Shown: in pieces, positions 52,334-62,765 of the stretch
How positions within the stretch are numbered: the first letter of the stretch is position 1
Layout of the letters: every line of letters starts with the position of its first letter
NCBI GenBank assembly: GCA_024681515.1
Contig: JAILAR010000026.1
Location: forward strand, 8,799-72,798
Source: Eubacterium sp.
GTDB taxonomy: Bacteria > Bacillota > Clostridia > Lachnospirales > Lachnospiraceae
Length of the DNA: 64,000 nt
Reading direction: 5' to 3'
Made by a program: the position numbers and the translations under genes
Notes under the pieces: model-generated
Told to the model about the DNA's origin: nothing
Databases searched by the model: none
The model's input: only the letters and a program-made list of their open reading frames with translations

Positions 52334-53344
52334 ATGAAAATAACGATATTAGGTGCAGGAAGCTGGGGCGTGGCTCTGGCAAAACTGCTGACCTGTAACC
52401 GGCATGAGATCACCATGTGGTCCATCGATCCGGAAGAGGTTGCGATGCTGACGGAATACTGTGAGCATAAAACAAAGCTTCCCGGAGTGATCCTTCCGGG
52501 GACGGTGCATTATACGGGGGACATAGCTACGGCCCTTGCTGAGCCGGAGCTGGTTGTGATGGCGGTTCCGTCGCCCTTTGTCCGCAGTACGGCAAAGCTG
52601 GCGGCACCTCTTGTAAAGGATGATACGGTCATCGTCAGTGTGTCCAAAGGAATCGAGGAGGAATCTCTGAAAAGACTCTCCGTGGTGATCAAGGAAGAAA
52701 TTCCGGGAGCAAAGGTGGCGGTCCTTTCCGGACCGAGTCATGCGGAGGAAGTCGGCAAATGTCTTGGAACCACTGTTGTTGTGGGTTCGGAGAGCGAGGA
52801 TATCGCTCATATGATCCAGGACACCTTTATGACGGATTTCTTCCGTGTTTATACAAGCCCGGATATGGTCGGCATCGAGCTTGGGGGAGCGCTTAAAAAT
52901 GTCATTGCGCTGGCTGCCGGTATTGCAGACGGTCTGGGATGCGGAGATAACACGAAAGCGGCGCTCATCACACGGGGAATCGTGGAGATCACGAATCTGG
53001 GCACGAAAATGGGCGGCCATATCGAGACCTTTACCGGTCTTTCCGGAATCGGTGATCTGATCGTGACCTGTGCCTCCAGACACAGCCGGAACCGCAGAGC
53101 CGGATTCCTGATCGGTCAGGGCATGAGTTATCATGAAGCCATGAACGAAGTAAAGATGGTGGTTGAGGGTGTATATTCCGCCAAGGCTGCGCTGACACTT
53201 GCAAAACAGTACGGTGTGACCATGCCGATCGTAGAAACCGTAAATCAGATCCTTTTTGAGGGCCTTACGGCGCAGGAGGCACTGACCTCCCTGATGACCA
53301 GAGACAAGAAGGCTGAGGTGTTCGGCCTGTCCTGGAACGCGTGA
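52334..53344 (+). CDS. gpsA: NAD(P)H-dependent glycerol-3-phosphate dehydrogenase
   Basis: MKITILGAGSWGVALA and GALKNVIALAAG. Confidence 0.95.
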   Translation: MKITILGAGSWGVALAKLLTCNRHEITMWSIDPEEVAMLTEYCEHKTKLPGVILPGTVHYTGDIATALAEPELVVMAVPSPFVRSTAKLAAPLVKDDTVIVSVSKGIEEESLKRLSVVIKEEIPGAKVAVLSGPSHAEEVGKCLGTTVVVGSESEDIAHMIQDTFMTDFFRVYTSPDMVGIELGGALKNVIALAAGIADGLGCGDNTKAALITRGIVEITNLGTKMGGHIETFTGLSGIGDLIVTCASRHSRNRRAGFLIGQGMSYHEAMNEVKMVVEGVYSAKAALTLAKQYGVTMPIVETVNQILFEGLTAQEALTSLMTRDKKAEVFGLSWNA

Positions 53345-53357
53345 AAAGGATGATTTT

Positions 53358-54104
53358 ATGAGCAGTCTGAATCTGAAGATCAATGACTTTGAGGGGCCTT
53401 TGGACCTGCTTCTTCATTTGATCGAAAAGAATAAATATAATATTTTTGATATTCCGATCGTGGAGATCACGGATCAGTATATCGCATATCTGGATCAGCT
53501 GGATGAGACGGACATGGATACCATGAGCGAATTCCTGGTGATGGCCGCACAGCTGATCAGCATCAAGGCAAGGATGCTCCTTCCGAAGGAGGAAGAACCG
53601 GAAGAAGAGGAAGAAGATCCGAGAGCAGAGCTGGTACGGAGTCTTCTGGAATATAAAATGTACAAGTATGCGTCTTATGAGCTGAAGGATATGGAACTGG
53701 ATGCGGATAAGACCTTTTATAAAGAAGCATCGATCCCGAAGGAAGTAAAGGACTATCGGGAAGAAGTGGATCCGGCTGAGGTGATCGGAGATACGACTCT
53801 GGCACAGCTGAATGAGATCTTCCAACAACTGATCCGAAGGGAAGTCTTCCGCATGGATCCGGTCCGGAGTAAATTCGGGACCATCAGTCGGGACGAAATC
53901 AAGCTGGAAGACAAAATGGTCGAGATCCGTAAGGAGATCCAGGGACTCAGGAGCATTAATTTCCGGACCTTGCTGGGAAGGAAACGCGGACGCATGAATC
54001 TGATCGTGTCATTTCTGGCGATCCTGGAACTGATGAAGACAGGTGTGATCACGATCCGGCAGGATGGGCTTTTCGGAGAGATTCTGATCGATTCGCTGGA
54101 GTAA
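53358..54104 (+). CDS. scpA: segregation and condensation protein A
   Basis: FEGPLDLLLHLIEKNKYNIFDIPIVEITDQY. Confidence 0.9.
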   Translation: MSSLNLKINDFEGPLDLLLHLIEKNKYNIFDIPIVEITDQYIAYLDQLDETDMDTMSEFLVMAAQLISIKARMLLPKEEEPEEEEEDPRAELVRSLLEYKMYKYASYELKDMELDADKTFYKEASIPKEVKDYREEVDPAEVIGDTTLAQLNEIFQQLIRREVFRMDPVRSKFGTISRDEIKLEDKMVEIRKEIQGLRSINFRTLLGRKRGRMNLIVSFLAILELMKTGVITIRQDGLFGEILIDSLE

Positions 54105-54197
54105 GCCACCTGCCTCTTTTGGCGTGTCATGGCGAAGAATTTCAGAGATCCCATGACCGGAATCAAATCGTAACATTATCGAAAGGATAACACATAC

Positions 54198-54773
54198 GTG
54201 GACGAACAGAAGAATCATTGTGCCGCGCTGGAAGCGGTTCTTTTTGCGGTCGGAGGCGCTGTGGCTTTCTCCGATCTGAAGGCCGCCCTTATGGTAGAGG
54301 ATGCAGAGCTGAAACAGGCCATCGCGGAATTGACGGAACGATACGCAGCGGAAGACCGGGGAATCCGGATGATCGAGCTGGACGGAAAATTCCAACTTTG
54401 TACAAAGAATGAATATTACGAGGAACTGGTGCGGCTGGTAAATACGCCGAAAAAGCATGTCCTGACGGATGTGCTGCTGGAGACACTCTCCATTGTGGCT
54501 TACAAACAGCCGGTTACACGGCAGGAGATCGAGAAGATCCGAGGTGTCTCCTGTTCTCATGCGGTGAATCGTCTTGTGGAATACAATCTGATCCAGGAGG
54601 TCGGAAGACTGGATGCGCCGGGACATCCGATCCTGTTTGGAACAACGGATGATTTTCTCCGCAGCTTCGGGATCTCTTCCATGGATGAACTGCCGGTGAT
54701 CTCGGCGGACCGGGTGGCAGATTTCCAAAGGCAGGCAGAAGAAGAAGCCGGCGTTATAAATGTGGAGACGTAA
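54198..54773 (+). CDS. scpB: segregation and condensation protein B
   Basis: GTG start. LEAVLFAVGG...LETLSIVAYKQPVTRQEIEKIRGV. Confidence 0.9.
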   Translation: MDEQKNHCAALEAVLFAVGGAVAFSDLKAALMVEDAELKQAIAELTERYAAEDRGIRMIELDGKFQLCTKNEYYEELVRLVNTPKKHVLTDVLLETLSIVAYKQPVTRQEIEKIRGVSCSHAVNRLVEYNLIQEVGRLDAPGHPILFGTTDDFLRSFGISSMDELPVISADRVADFQRQAEEEAGVINVET

Positions 54774-54776
54774 TAT

Positions 54777-55649
54777 ATGAAAAATCACCTGTTTCGAAAT
54801 GTGTTTCTGGGAACGATCGGTATATCCGCTGCCGGACTTGCTGTTCTTTTTCTGGAATCTCACAGGGAACTGCATACCTTTCGAGTGAAGAAGTATCAGC
54901 TTTCGCTTCCCGGCAGGCCAAAGGGAAGGATCCTTTTTGTAACGGATTATCATGAGGCAGTGAAAGGAAAAAATAACGACGGACTGCTCCGGACTGCAAG
55001 AAAGCTTGTTCCGGATGCAATTCTGGTCGGCGGCGATATGGTCAACGGAAAGGACGCGGATGAGGATTACAGCCCCGCGGCTTCTTTGATCAACGGTCTT
55101 TGTGAGATCGCTCCTGTGTACTATGCATACGGGAATCATGAGAAACGGATGATCGAATGGTCCGTGGAGGACGGATATCATTGGGAAGATTATATAAACA
55201 GTCTGGATCCGAGAGTACATTTCCTGATAAATAACAGTACGGTCGTTTCTTTGAAAGACGGGAGTGTCCGTCTGTATGGTTTCGATATGGAACGGACCTA
55301 TTTTCGGCGCGGCGGAGAAGCGCTGAATGTGGATGTGATCCGCAGCAAGCTCGGAGAACCGAAGAAGGATCTTCCAACCCTGCTTCTGGCACATGATCCC
55401 AGTTGGGGGCCGGTGTACGGTGAATGGGGCGCGGATCTGACACTTTCCGGGCATTATCATGGCGGAGTGATCCGATTGCCGCTGATTGGTGGATTCGTTT
55501 CCCCCAAATTATATCTTTTTCCGCATTTTGACAGAGGATATTTTGAAGAGAATACCACGAAGATGCTTGTAAGTTCAGGCTTGGGACAACATACAATTCC
55601 CGTGCGGTTTTATAATCTGCCTGAGCTTGTGGCTGTGGATTTCGTATGA
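54777..55649 (+). CDS. metallophosphoesterase
   Basis: N-terminal TM helix, then VTDYHE, GGDMVNG, GNHE, GHYHGG. Confidence 0.85.
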   Translation: MKNHLFRNVFLGTIGISAAGLAVLFLESHRELHTFRVKKYQLSLPGRPKGRILFVTDYHEAVKGKNNDGLLRTARKLVPDAILVGGDMVNGKDADEDYSPAASLINGLCEIAPVYYAYGNHEKRMIEWSVEDGYHWEDYINSLDPRVHFLINNSTVVSLKDGSVRLYGFDMERTYFRRGGEALNVDVIRSKLGEPKKDLPTLLLAHDPSWGPVYGEWGADLTLSGHYHGGVIRLPLIGGFVSPKLYLFPHFDRGYFEENTTKMLVSSGLGQHTIPVRFYNLPELVAVDFV

Positions 55650-55690
55650 TTAAAGCCGAAACGGATGATCATGCAGTATATACCGATATA

Positions 55691-55735
55691 AATTGAAACA
55701 GATTGAAACAGATTGAGACAGATTGAAACAGAACA
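55691..55735 (+). repeat. 10-nt tandem direct repeat (GATTGAAACA x4 plus a partial unit)
   Basis: aATTGAAACA GATTGAAACA GATTGAGACA GATTGAAACA GAACA, ending about 80 nt upstream of the L,D-transpeptidase start. Confidence 0.85.
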
Positions 55736-55813
55736 GATATAAAGGCCGATAGAAATGACTTGAGATAGAGATCAGTGTTTGATCAAAGAGTGTGATTTGA
55801 GAAGAGGGATTTC

Positions 55814-57682
55814 ATGAGTGAAGAACATAAGGATCCGGAAGTATTGGATCTGATCATTGATGAAGAGGATGAACTTCAGAGGGAATCGAAGAGTGAAGCG
55901 GAAACTCCTTCGGATACCGAATCGTCGGTGGATGACGTTAAATCGACCGTAGATGAACCGTCGGTGAATGATACGGTAACGAAGGACAATGCGGCGCAGA
56001 CGAGTGATGTGGCTATGTCTGACGACGTTAAGCAGACGAGTGATGCGGCACAGACGGATGATTCGACGCAGACGGGTGATGTGGCAATGTCGGAAGAAGA
56101 AGCGCAGAAGAGTGCTTCGGTATCATCAGACGACGCAGAGAAGACGGTAGATACGAATCATTCAGAAACCGCGGAACCGATTCAGGATGCCGGATCATCG
56201 GACGCTGCGAATGAACACGACCTCTCCGGAATCGGGCATCAGGAAGCTTTCGTGGATCAGAAGGCGTTCCGTCAGAAGAAAAAGGTGCGCCGCGCTCTGG
56301 TTGCAACGCTGATCACGCTGGGTGTTATCCTGATCACAGGATATACGGCGATGGTGATCCTGTGTACGTCCCATTTCCAGCCGAATACCGTGATCAACGG
56401 AGTGGATTATTCCTTCCGTTCGCCGGAGTCTGTTCAGCAGGAGATCGATGCAAGACGTGCGGATTATCAGATCCATGTAACCCTGCGGAACGGTGAATTT
56501 ACGATCCGTCCGTCGGATATCGGACTGGTGATCACAACAGCGGCGGATGTGCAGCGGATCAAGGAGCGCCAGAATCCGTTCCTTTGGTTCATGGCTTATT
56601 TTGACCAGCCAAATGATGCCGCATATGTGATCATGTATGATGAGAATAAACTGGATGCATTTTTGGATTCGGTTTCCTATCTGAAGCCGGATAACATGGA
56701 AGCGCCCACGAATCCTATGATCGTTCTGAATGACGGCGTGCCGGAGATTCGGAAGGGAAATGCAGGTACCACCATCGACCGTGATAAGCTGAAACTTCTG
56801 ATCGAGGACCGGATCCGGAATCTGAATCGGGAGATCTCTGCCGATTTTGAAGGCTGTTATAAGAAGGCACTTTATGATGAGAATTCCGAGAAGGTTAAAA
56901 ACTGCCGGGATCTGATCGCTTCCTATACGTCTCTTAAGATTACATATCTGTACGGGGAAGACATTCGGTTCATGCTCCGGGCGGAGGATATCTACAATAT
57001 GCTTGATATCGATCTGGAAAAGTACTATTGTGCTGTTTCAGCTCGAAAAGTGGAGTATTTTGTAGATCAGTTTGCAGATGAGCATGATACCTTCGGTAAG
57101 GATCGGATATTTAAGACCCATTATGGGAAGAAACTTCGCCTGAACAGTAGTTATCTCGGATGGGAGATCGACCGGGAAGCGGAAGTGAAAACCCTGATCA
57201 TGAACATTTCCAGAAGAGAAAATATCGAACGGGAACCGGTGTTTACCCATAAGGGGAAGATCTACACTGGAGACTGCTCCGATATCGGGGATACCTACGT
57301 AGAACTGGATCTTTCCGTGCAGAAGATCTATTATTACGTGGATGGCCGTCTTCTGATCGAGGACGATGTAATCTCCGGAAATCCGAACAAATACCAGAAT
57401 ACGCCCAGCGGTCTGTATGAGATCTACGGAATGCGGCAGAATGTGGTGCTGACCGGCCCCGGATATGCGTCCCATGTGGATTACTGGATGCCGTTCAACG
57501 GGGAAATCGGTCTGCATGACGCTTACTGGCAGTCAAAGTTCGGCGGAAATCTGTACCTGACCAGAGGTTCTCACGGATGTGTGAATCTGACGCACAGTAC
57601 CGCACAGACGTTGTATGAAACAGGGTTCCGGGGTCTGCCGGTGATCTGTTACTGGAGAACAGATGACAATTTTATCAACTGA
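55814..57682 (+). CDS. L,D-transpeptidase (YkuD domain) with an acidic repeat-rich N-terminus and a TM anchor
   Basis: The C-terminal IGLHDAYW...TRGSHGCVNL is the YkuD active site. The TM helix is LVATLITLGVILITGYTAMVIL. Confidence 0.85.
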   Translation: MSEEHKDPEVLDLIIDEEDELQRESKSEAETPSDTESSVDDVKSTVDEPSVNDTVTKDNAAQTSDVAMSDDVKQTSDAAQTDDSTQTGDVAMSEEEAQKSASVSSDDAEKTVDTNHSETAEPIQDAGSSDAANEHDLSGIGHQEAFVDQKAFRQKKKVRRALVATLITLGVILITGYTAMVILCTSHFQPNTVINGVDYSFRSPESVQQEIDARRADYQIHVTLRNGEFTIRPSDIGLVITTAADVQRIKERQNPFLWFMAYFDQPNDAAYVIMYDENKLDAFLDSVSYLKPDNMEAPTNPMIVLNDGVPEIRKGNAGTTIDRDKLKLLIEDRIRNLNREISADFEGCYKKALYDENSEKVKNCRDLIASYTSLKITYLYGEDIRFMLRAEDIYNMLDIDLEKYYCAVSARKVEYFVDQFADEHDTFGKDRIFKTHYGKKLRLNSSYLGWEIDREAEVKTLIMNISRRENIEREPVFTHKGKIYTGDCSDIGDTYVELDLSVQKIYYYVDGRLLIEDDVISGNPNKYQNTPSGLYEIYGMRQNVVLTGPGYASHVDYWMPFNGEIGLHDAYWQSKFGGNLYLTRGSHGCVNLTHSTAQTLYETGFRGLPVICYWRTDDNFIN

Positions 57683-57709
57683 TGTTGCGTGATATATGAG
57701 GAAATCGTA

Positions 57710-58192
57710 ATGGAGCATGTTACACTCTACACAGACGGCTCTGCGCGGGCAAATCCGGACGGACCGGGAGGTTACGGCGCAGTACTATCGGTGACGGATG
57801 CAAAAGGAGAAGAGCATAAGCTTGAGCTTTCCCAGGGCTATGAACGCACCACCAACAACCGTATGGAGCTGATGGCGGTGATTGTGGGACTGGAGCATCT
57901 GGTCCGTCCCTGTCAGGTGACTGTATGGTCTGATTCCCAGTATGTGGTAAAGGCCTTCAATGAGCATTGGATCGACAACTGGATCAAGAAAAACTGGAAA
58001 CGCGGAAAGGATCCCGTAAAGAACGTGGACCTCTGGAAACGTTTGTTAAAGGCAAAGGAACCTCACATCGTGGAATTCCGATGGGTGAAGGGGCATGACG
58101 GAAATCCGGGAAATGAGCGCTGCGACCAGCTGGCAACAGCCGCTGCCGATAACGGCCCCTGGATCCGGGATGAGGTGTATGAAAAGATATGA
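57710..58192 (+). CDS. rnhA: ribonuclease HI
   Basis: LYTDGSARANPDGPGGYG, TNNRMELMAV, SDSQYV, KGHDGNPGNERCDQLA. ATG 57710 lies 7 nt after GAGGAA. Confidence 0.9.
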   Translation: MEHVTLYTDGSARANPDGPGGYGAVLSVTDAKGEEHKLELSQGYERTTNNRMELMAVIVGLEHLVRPCQVTVWSDSQYVVKAFNEHWIDNWIKKNWKRGKDPVKNVDLWKRLLKAKEPHIVEFRWVKGHDGNPGNERCDQLATAAADNGPWIRDEVYEKI

Positions 58193-60657
58193 ACAGAGCA
58201 GATTTTCAGAAACTTTTGGAAAATCGTATCTTATGTCTCGACGGAGCGACAGGTACGAATCTGATGGCCGCTGGCATGCCTCTCGGGGTGTGCCCGGAGC
58301 AGTGGATCCTGGAGCATCCGGAGATGCTTATCGAATTACAGGTTAACTTCTTGGAGGCGGGTACCAATATTGTGTACGCGCCTACATTTACGTGTAACCG
58401 GATCAAACTCCGTGAATATCATCTGGAGGACAGAACGATTCAGATGAATCAGGAACTGGTGGCACTGTCGAAGGAAGCGGTCCGTCGCTGCAACGGGCGC
58501 GGATATGTGGCCGGTGATATGACCATGACCGGGCGGCAGCTTTTCCCCATCGGGGATCTGCAGTTTGAAGAACTGGTGGAGGTCTATAAGGAACAGGCCC
58601 AGGCGCTTTTGGATGCAGGTGTGGATCTTTTTGTGGTTGAGACCATGATGAGTCTGCAGGAAAGCCGCGCGGCTCTGATCGCCATACGGGAGCTGTCACA
58701 GGATATTCCTGTTATGGTCAGTCTGACCTTCCGGGAGGACGGAAAGACGCTCTTCGGATCCACACCTGCAGTCACGGTTATCGTTTTGCAGGGACTGGGT
58801 GCCGATGCCGTGGGGCTGAACTGTTCCACAGGGCCGGAGGAGATGACCGGGCTTTTGGAAGAGATGAAGAAATATGCAACGATTCCGGTATTTGCAAAAC
58901 CGAATGCCGGTATGCCGGAGCTGGAAAACGGAAAATCCGTTTATAAAATGACGCCGAAGCATTTTGCGGATTGTATTAACGATCTGGTGGATGCCGGTGC
59001 GAATCTTGTGGGCGGCTGCTGCGGAAGCTCGGTAAGCCATATCAAAGCGGTAAAACAGAGAGTGCGTGGGCTGCGGCCCATGCCTCCGCTGGAAAAGAAG
59101 GTTCGGGTGCTGACTTCGGAGCGTACCCTGCAGGAGATCCGCTTAGGCGGTCCTTTCCTGGTTGTGGGTGAGCGTATCAATCCCACCGGCAAGAAAAAAC
59201 TGCAGGCATCTCTCCGGGAGGACAGTTTGGATCTTGTAAGTGAGATGGCAGTCTCCCAGGAAGAAAACCATGCGCATGTGCTGGACATTAACATGGGGCT
59301 GAACGGCATCGATGAGAAGGAAATGATGCTGAAGGTCATAAATGAGGTAACGCAGCTGGTATCCCTGCCGCTTTGCATCGATTCCAGTCATGTGGATATT
59401 ATTGAAGCAGCGCTCCGGATCTATCCCGGCCGTGCACTGATTAATTCGGTTTCTTTGGAGAGCGCAAAGACACGCCCTCTGTTTAAGATCGCCAAAAAAT
59501 ACGGAGCCATGTGCATCCTGCTTCCGGTATCGGACGAGGGGCTTCCGGCTACGGCAGAGGAACGGCGTGCAAATGTGGACCGGCTGGTTCAGATCGCACT
59601 GGAGGAAGGGCTTACCATGGAGGATCTCTGCGTGGATGCCCTGATCTCCACGGTGGGTGCGGATCCCATGGCGGCAAGAAACGCACTGGATACCATCCGG
59701 TACAGTCATGATGTTCTCGGACTGCCTACCATTTGCGGCCTGTCCAATATCTCTTTCGGACTTCCGGAGCGGATCAATGTAAATTCCGCGTTCCTGACGA
59801 TGGCGATTTCTGCCGGCCTCACCATGGCCATCGCCAATCCGGGACAGGAACAGCTGATGAATGCAGCCTATGCGTCGGATCTTCTTCTGGCAAAAGAGGG
59901 TGCGGATAAGACCTATGTAGAGTATGTACGCCCGATCACCGGTTCGGCAGGTAATCCCGGAGGAGGTAATGCCGGCAAGGCCGGTACGGACGGCACCGGC
60001 GCGGCAAAATCGGGAGCCGGTAAAGAGACTTCCGGAGGACCGATATATGACTGTGTGATAAACGGCAGTAAAGCCAGGATCGTTGATGAAGTAAAGAAAC
60101 AGATGGAATCGGGCCGGACCGCAAAGAGTATCATCGATGAGGATCTGATCCCGGCGATCACTCGGGTGGGGGAGTTGTTTGAGGAAAAGAGATTCTTTCT
60201 GCCGCAGCTGATCCAGGGCGCAAATGCCATGGATACGGCGATCCAGTATCTGGCGCCGATGCTGCCGTCTTCCGAAGGGAAGGAACCCAAAGGGACCGTG
60301 GTTTTTGCTTCCGTGGAAGGAGACGTGCATGAGATCGGCAAAAATCTCTGCATCCTGATGCTCCGGAATTACGGATATACCGTGACGGACCTTGGAAAAG
60401 ACGTTCCTGCCGAGGTGATAGTGGCGGAAGCAAAAAAGCAGAATGCTGACATCATCGGCCTTTCGGCTCTGATGACCACCACGATGATGAAGATGAAAGA
60501 GGTTGTGGAGCTGGCACATATTGAGAAATGCTCCTCGAAGATCATCATCGGCGGAGCCGTGATCTCCCAGAGCTTTGCGGACGAGATCCATGCGGACGGA
60601 TATTCCAGGGATGCAAATGAGTGCGTCAAACTTGTAGACCGGCTGTTGGGCATATGA
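58189..60657 (+). CDS. metH: cobalamin-dependent methionine synthase lacking the C-terminal reactivation domain
   Basis: Hcy-binding LDGATGTNL and GGCCGS, pterin-binding GERINPTGKKK, B12-binding GDVHEIGKN. The protein ends after the B12 domain. Confidence 0.9.
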   Translation: MNRADFQKLLENRILCLDGATGTNLMAAGMPLGVCPEQWILEHPEMLIELQVNFLEAGTNIVYAPTFTCNRIKLREYHLEDRTIQMNQELVALSKEAVRRCNGRGYVAGDMTMTGRQLFPIGDLQFEELVEVYKEQAQALLDAGVDLFVVETMMSLQESRAALIAIRELSQDIPVMVSLTFREDGKTLFGSTPAVTVIVLQGLGADAVGLNCSTGPEEMTGLLEEMKKYATIPVFAKPNAGMPELENGKSVYKMTPKHFADCINDLVDAGANLVGGCCGSSVSHIKAVKQRVRGLRPMPPLEKKVRVLTSERTLQEIRLGGPFLVVGERINPTGKKKLQASLREDSLDLVSEMAVSQEENHAHVLDINMGLNGIDEKEMMLKVINEVTQLVSLPLCIDSSHVDIIEAALRIYPGRALINSVSLESAKTRPLFKIAKKYGAMCILLPVSDEGLPATAEERRANVDRLVQIALEEGLTMEDLCVDALISTVGADPMAARNALDTIRYSHDVLGLPTICGLSNISFGLPERINVNSAFLTMAISAGLTMAIANPGQEQLMNAAYASDLLLAKEGADKTYVEYVRPITGSAGNPGGGNAGKAGTDGTGAAKSGAGKETSGGPIYDCVINGSKARIVDEVKKQMESGRTAKSIIDEDLIPAITRVGELFEEKRFFLPQLIQGANAMDTAIQYLAPMLPSSEGKEPKGTVVFASVEGDVHEIGKNLCILMLRNYGYTVTDLGKDVPAEVIVAEAKKQNADIIGLSALMTTTMMKMKEVVELAHIEKCSSKIIIGGAVISQSFADEIHADGYSRDANECVKLVDRLLGI

Positions 60658-60698
60658 TCTGAATACCATTTTGATCTGCCGTGAATCTCGGATATTTG

Positions 60699-60727
60699 TT
60701 GACATTAGATGGAACAGTTGTTAAAAT
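60699..60727 (+). promoter_or_regulatory. ilvN-ilvC promoter
   Basis: TTGACA, 17-nt spacer, TAAAAT. Confidence 0.7.
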
Positions 60728-60760
60728 ATTTGTTATGAATTTTGAAAGGTGGGTGATCCC

Positions 60761-62339
<1,579 letters not shown>

Positions 62340-62351
62340 CGTAACAAAGTC

Positions 62352-62655
62352 TACGATTCACGATAGAAATAAAGCAAGGCAGTGACGCATGCTTGCATGC
62401 AAGTCCCTGCCTTGCTTTATTTCGTTACGGCGAAGCCGTAGCTGCCCCGATCATTCCGAACGTAAAGCCGCGAAGCGGCGATACATGTCGTGTTCCGACG
62501 TAGTCGGAACACGATCCGAACGAAGTGAGGATGCGCGATGCGTAGCAGCGCCATCTGCGAAGCAGATGCAGGACGTTCGAAGAACGGACTGGCACGGGAC
62601 GTGCCGAAGGCACGGACGGTTCGGAATCGACGAGGGGCAGCTATCGTGAATCGTA
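62352..62655 (+). other. ~300-nt structured intergenic element closed by 15-bp perfect inverted repeats and filled with GAA-triloop hairpins
   Basis: TACGATTCACGATAG (62352-62366) pairs with CTATCGTGAATCGTA (62641-62655). A second closing helix pairs 62442-62461 with 62619-62640. Hairpins lie at 62426-62440, 62467-62479, 62488-62514, 62552-62568, 62574-62586 and 62591-62605, with an alternative at 62601-62613. Confidence 0.7.
62367..62422. terminator. bidirectional terminator hairpin after ilvC (inside the structured element)
   Basis: 16-bp stem AAATAAAGCAAGGCAG / CTGCCTTGCTTTATTT. The loop carries the palindrome CTTGCATGCAAG. Confidence 0.7.
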
Positions 62656-62688
62656 TACAGCGAATGCCTGACCAAATCTCTTTTCCGT

Positions 62689-62717
62689 TTGACATATATT
62701 CCCCGTAAAACTATAAT
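62689..62717 (+). promoter_or_regulatory. consensus sigma-A promoter for the AIM24-family gene
   Basis: TTGACA (62689-62694), exactly 17 nt, TATAAT (62712-62717). Confidence 0.8.
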
Positions 62718-62765
62718 AAAAACAGTCGGTTACAATACTCAAAATCAACACAGGAGGAGAAGGAA

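Noticed and set aside
55691-55735. Possible CRISPR array or minisatellite.
   Set aside because: The units are 10 nt and directly abutting with no spacers, and there are no cas genes. I treat it as a tandem direct repeat or binding array.
62611-62640. tRNA-like T-arm (GGTTCGGAATCG) suggesting a tRNA or tRNA fragment.
   Set aside because: No acceptor, D or anticodon arms can be drawn. The segment pairs perfectly with 62453-62461 as part of the long-range helix instead.
62389-62695. ORFs 62389..62649 (+), 62417..62695 (-), 62425..62613 (-) and 62451..62675 (-) inside the hairpin-rich element.
   Set aside because: Their translations are Arg/Ser/Cys-rich and low in complexity. The ORFs overlap each other in several frames, have no SD sequences, and the region is explained by stacked palindromes.
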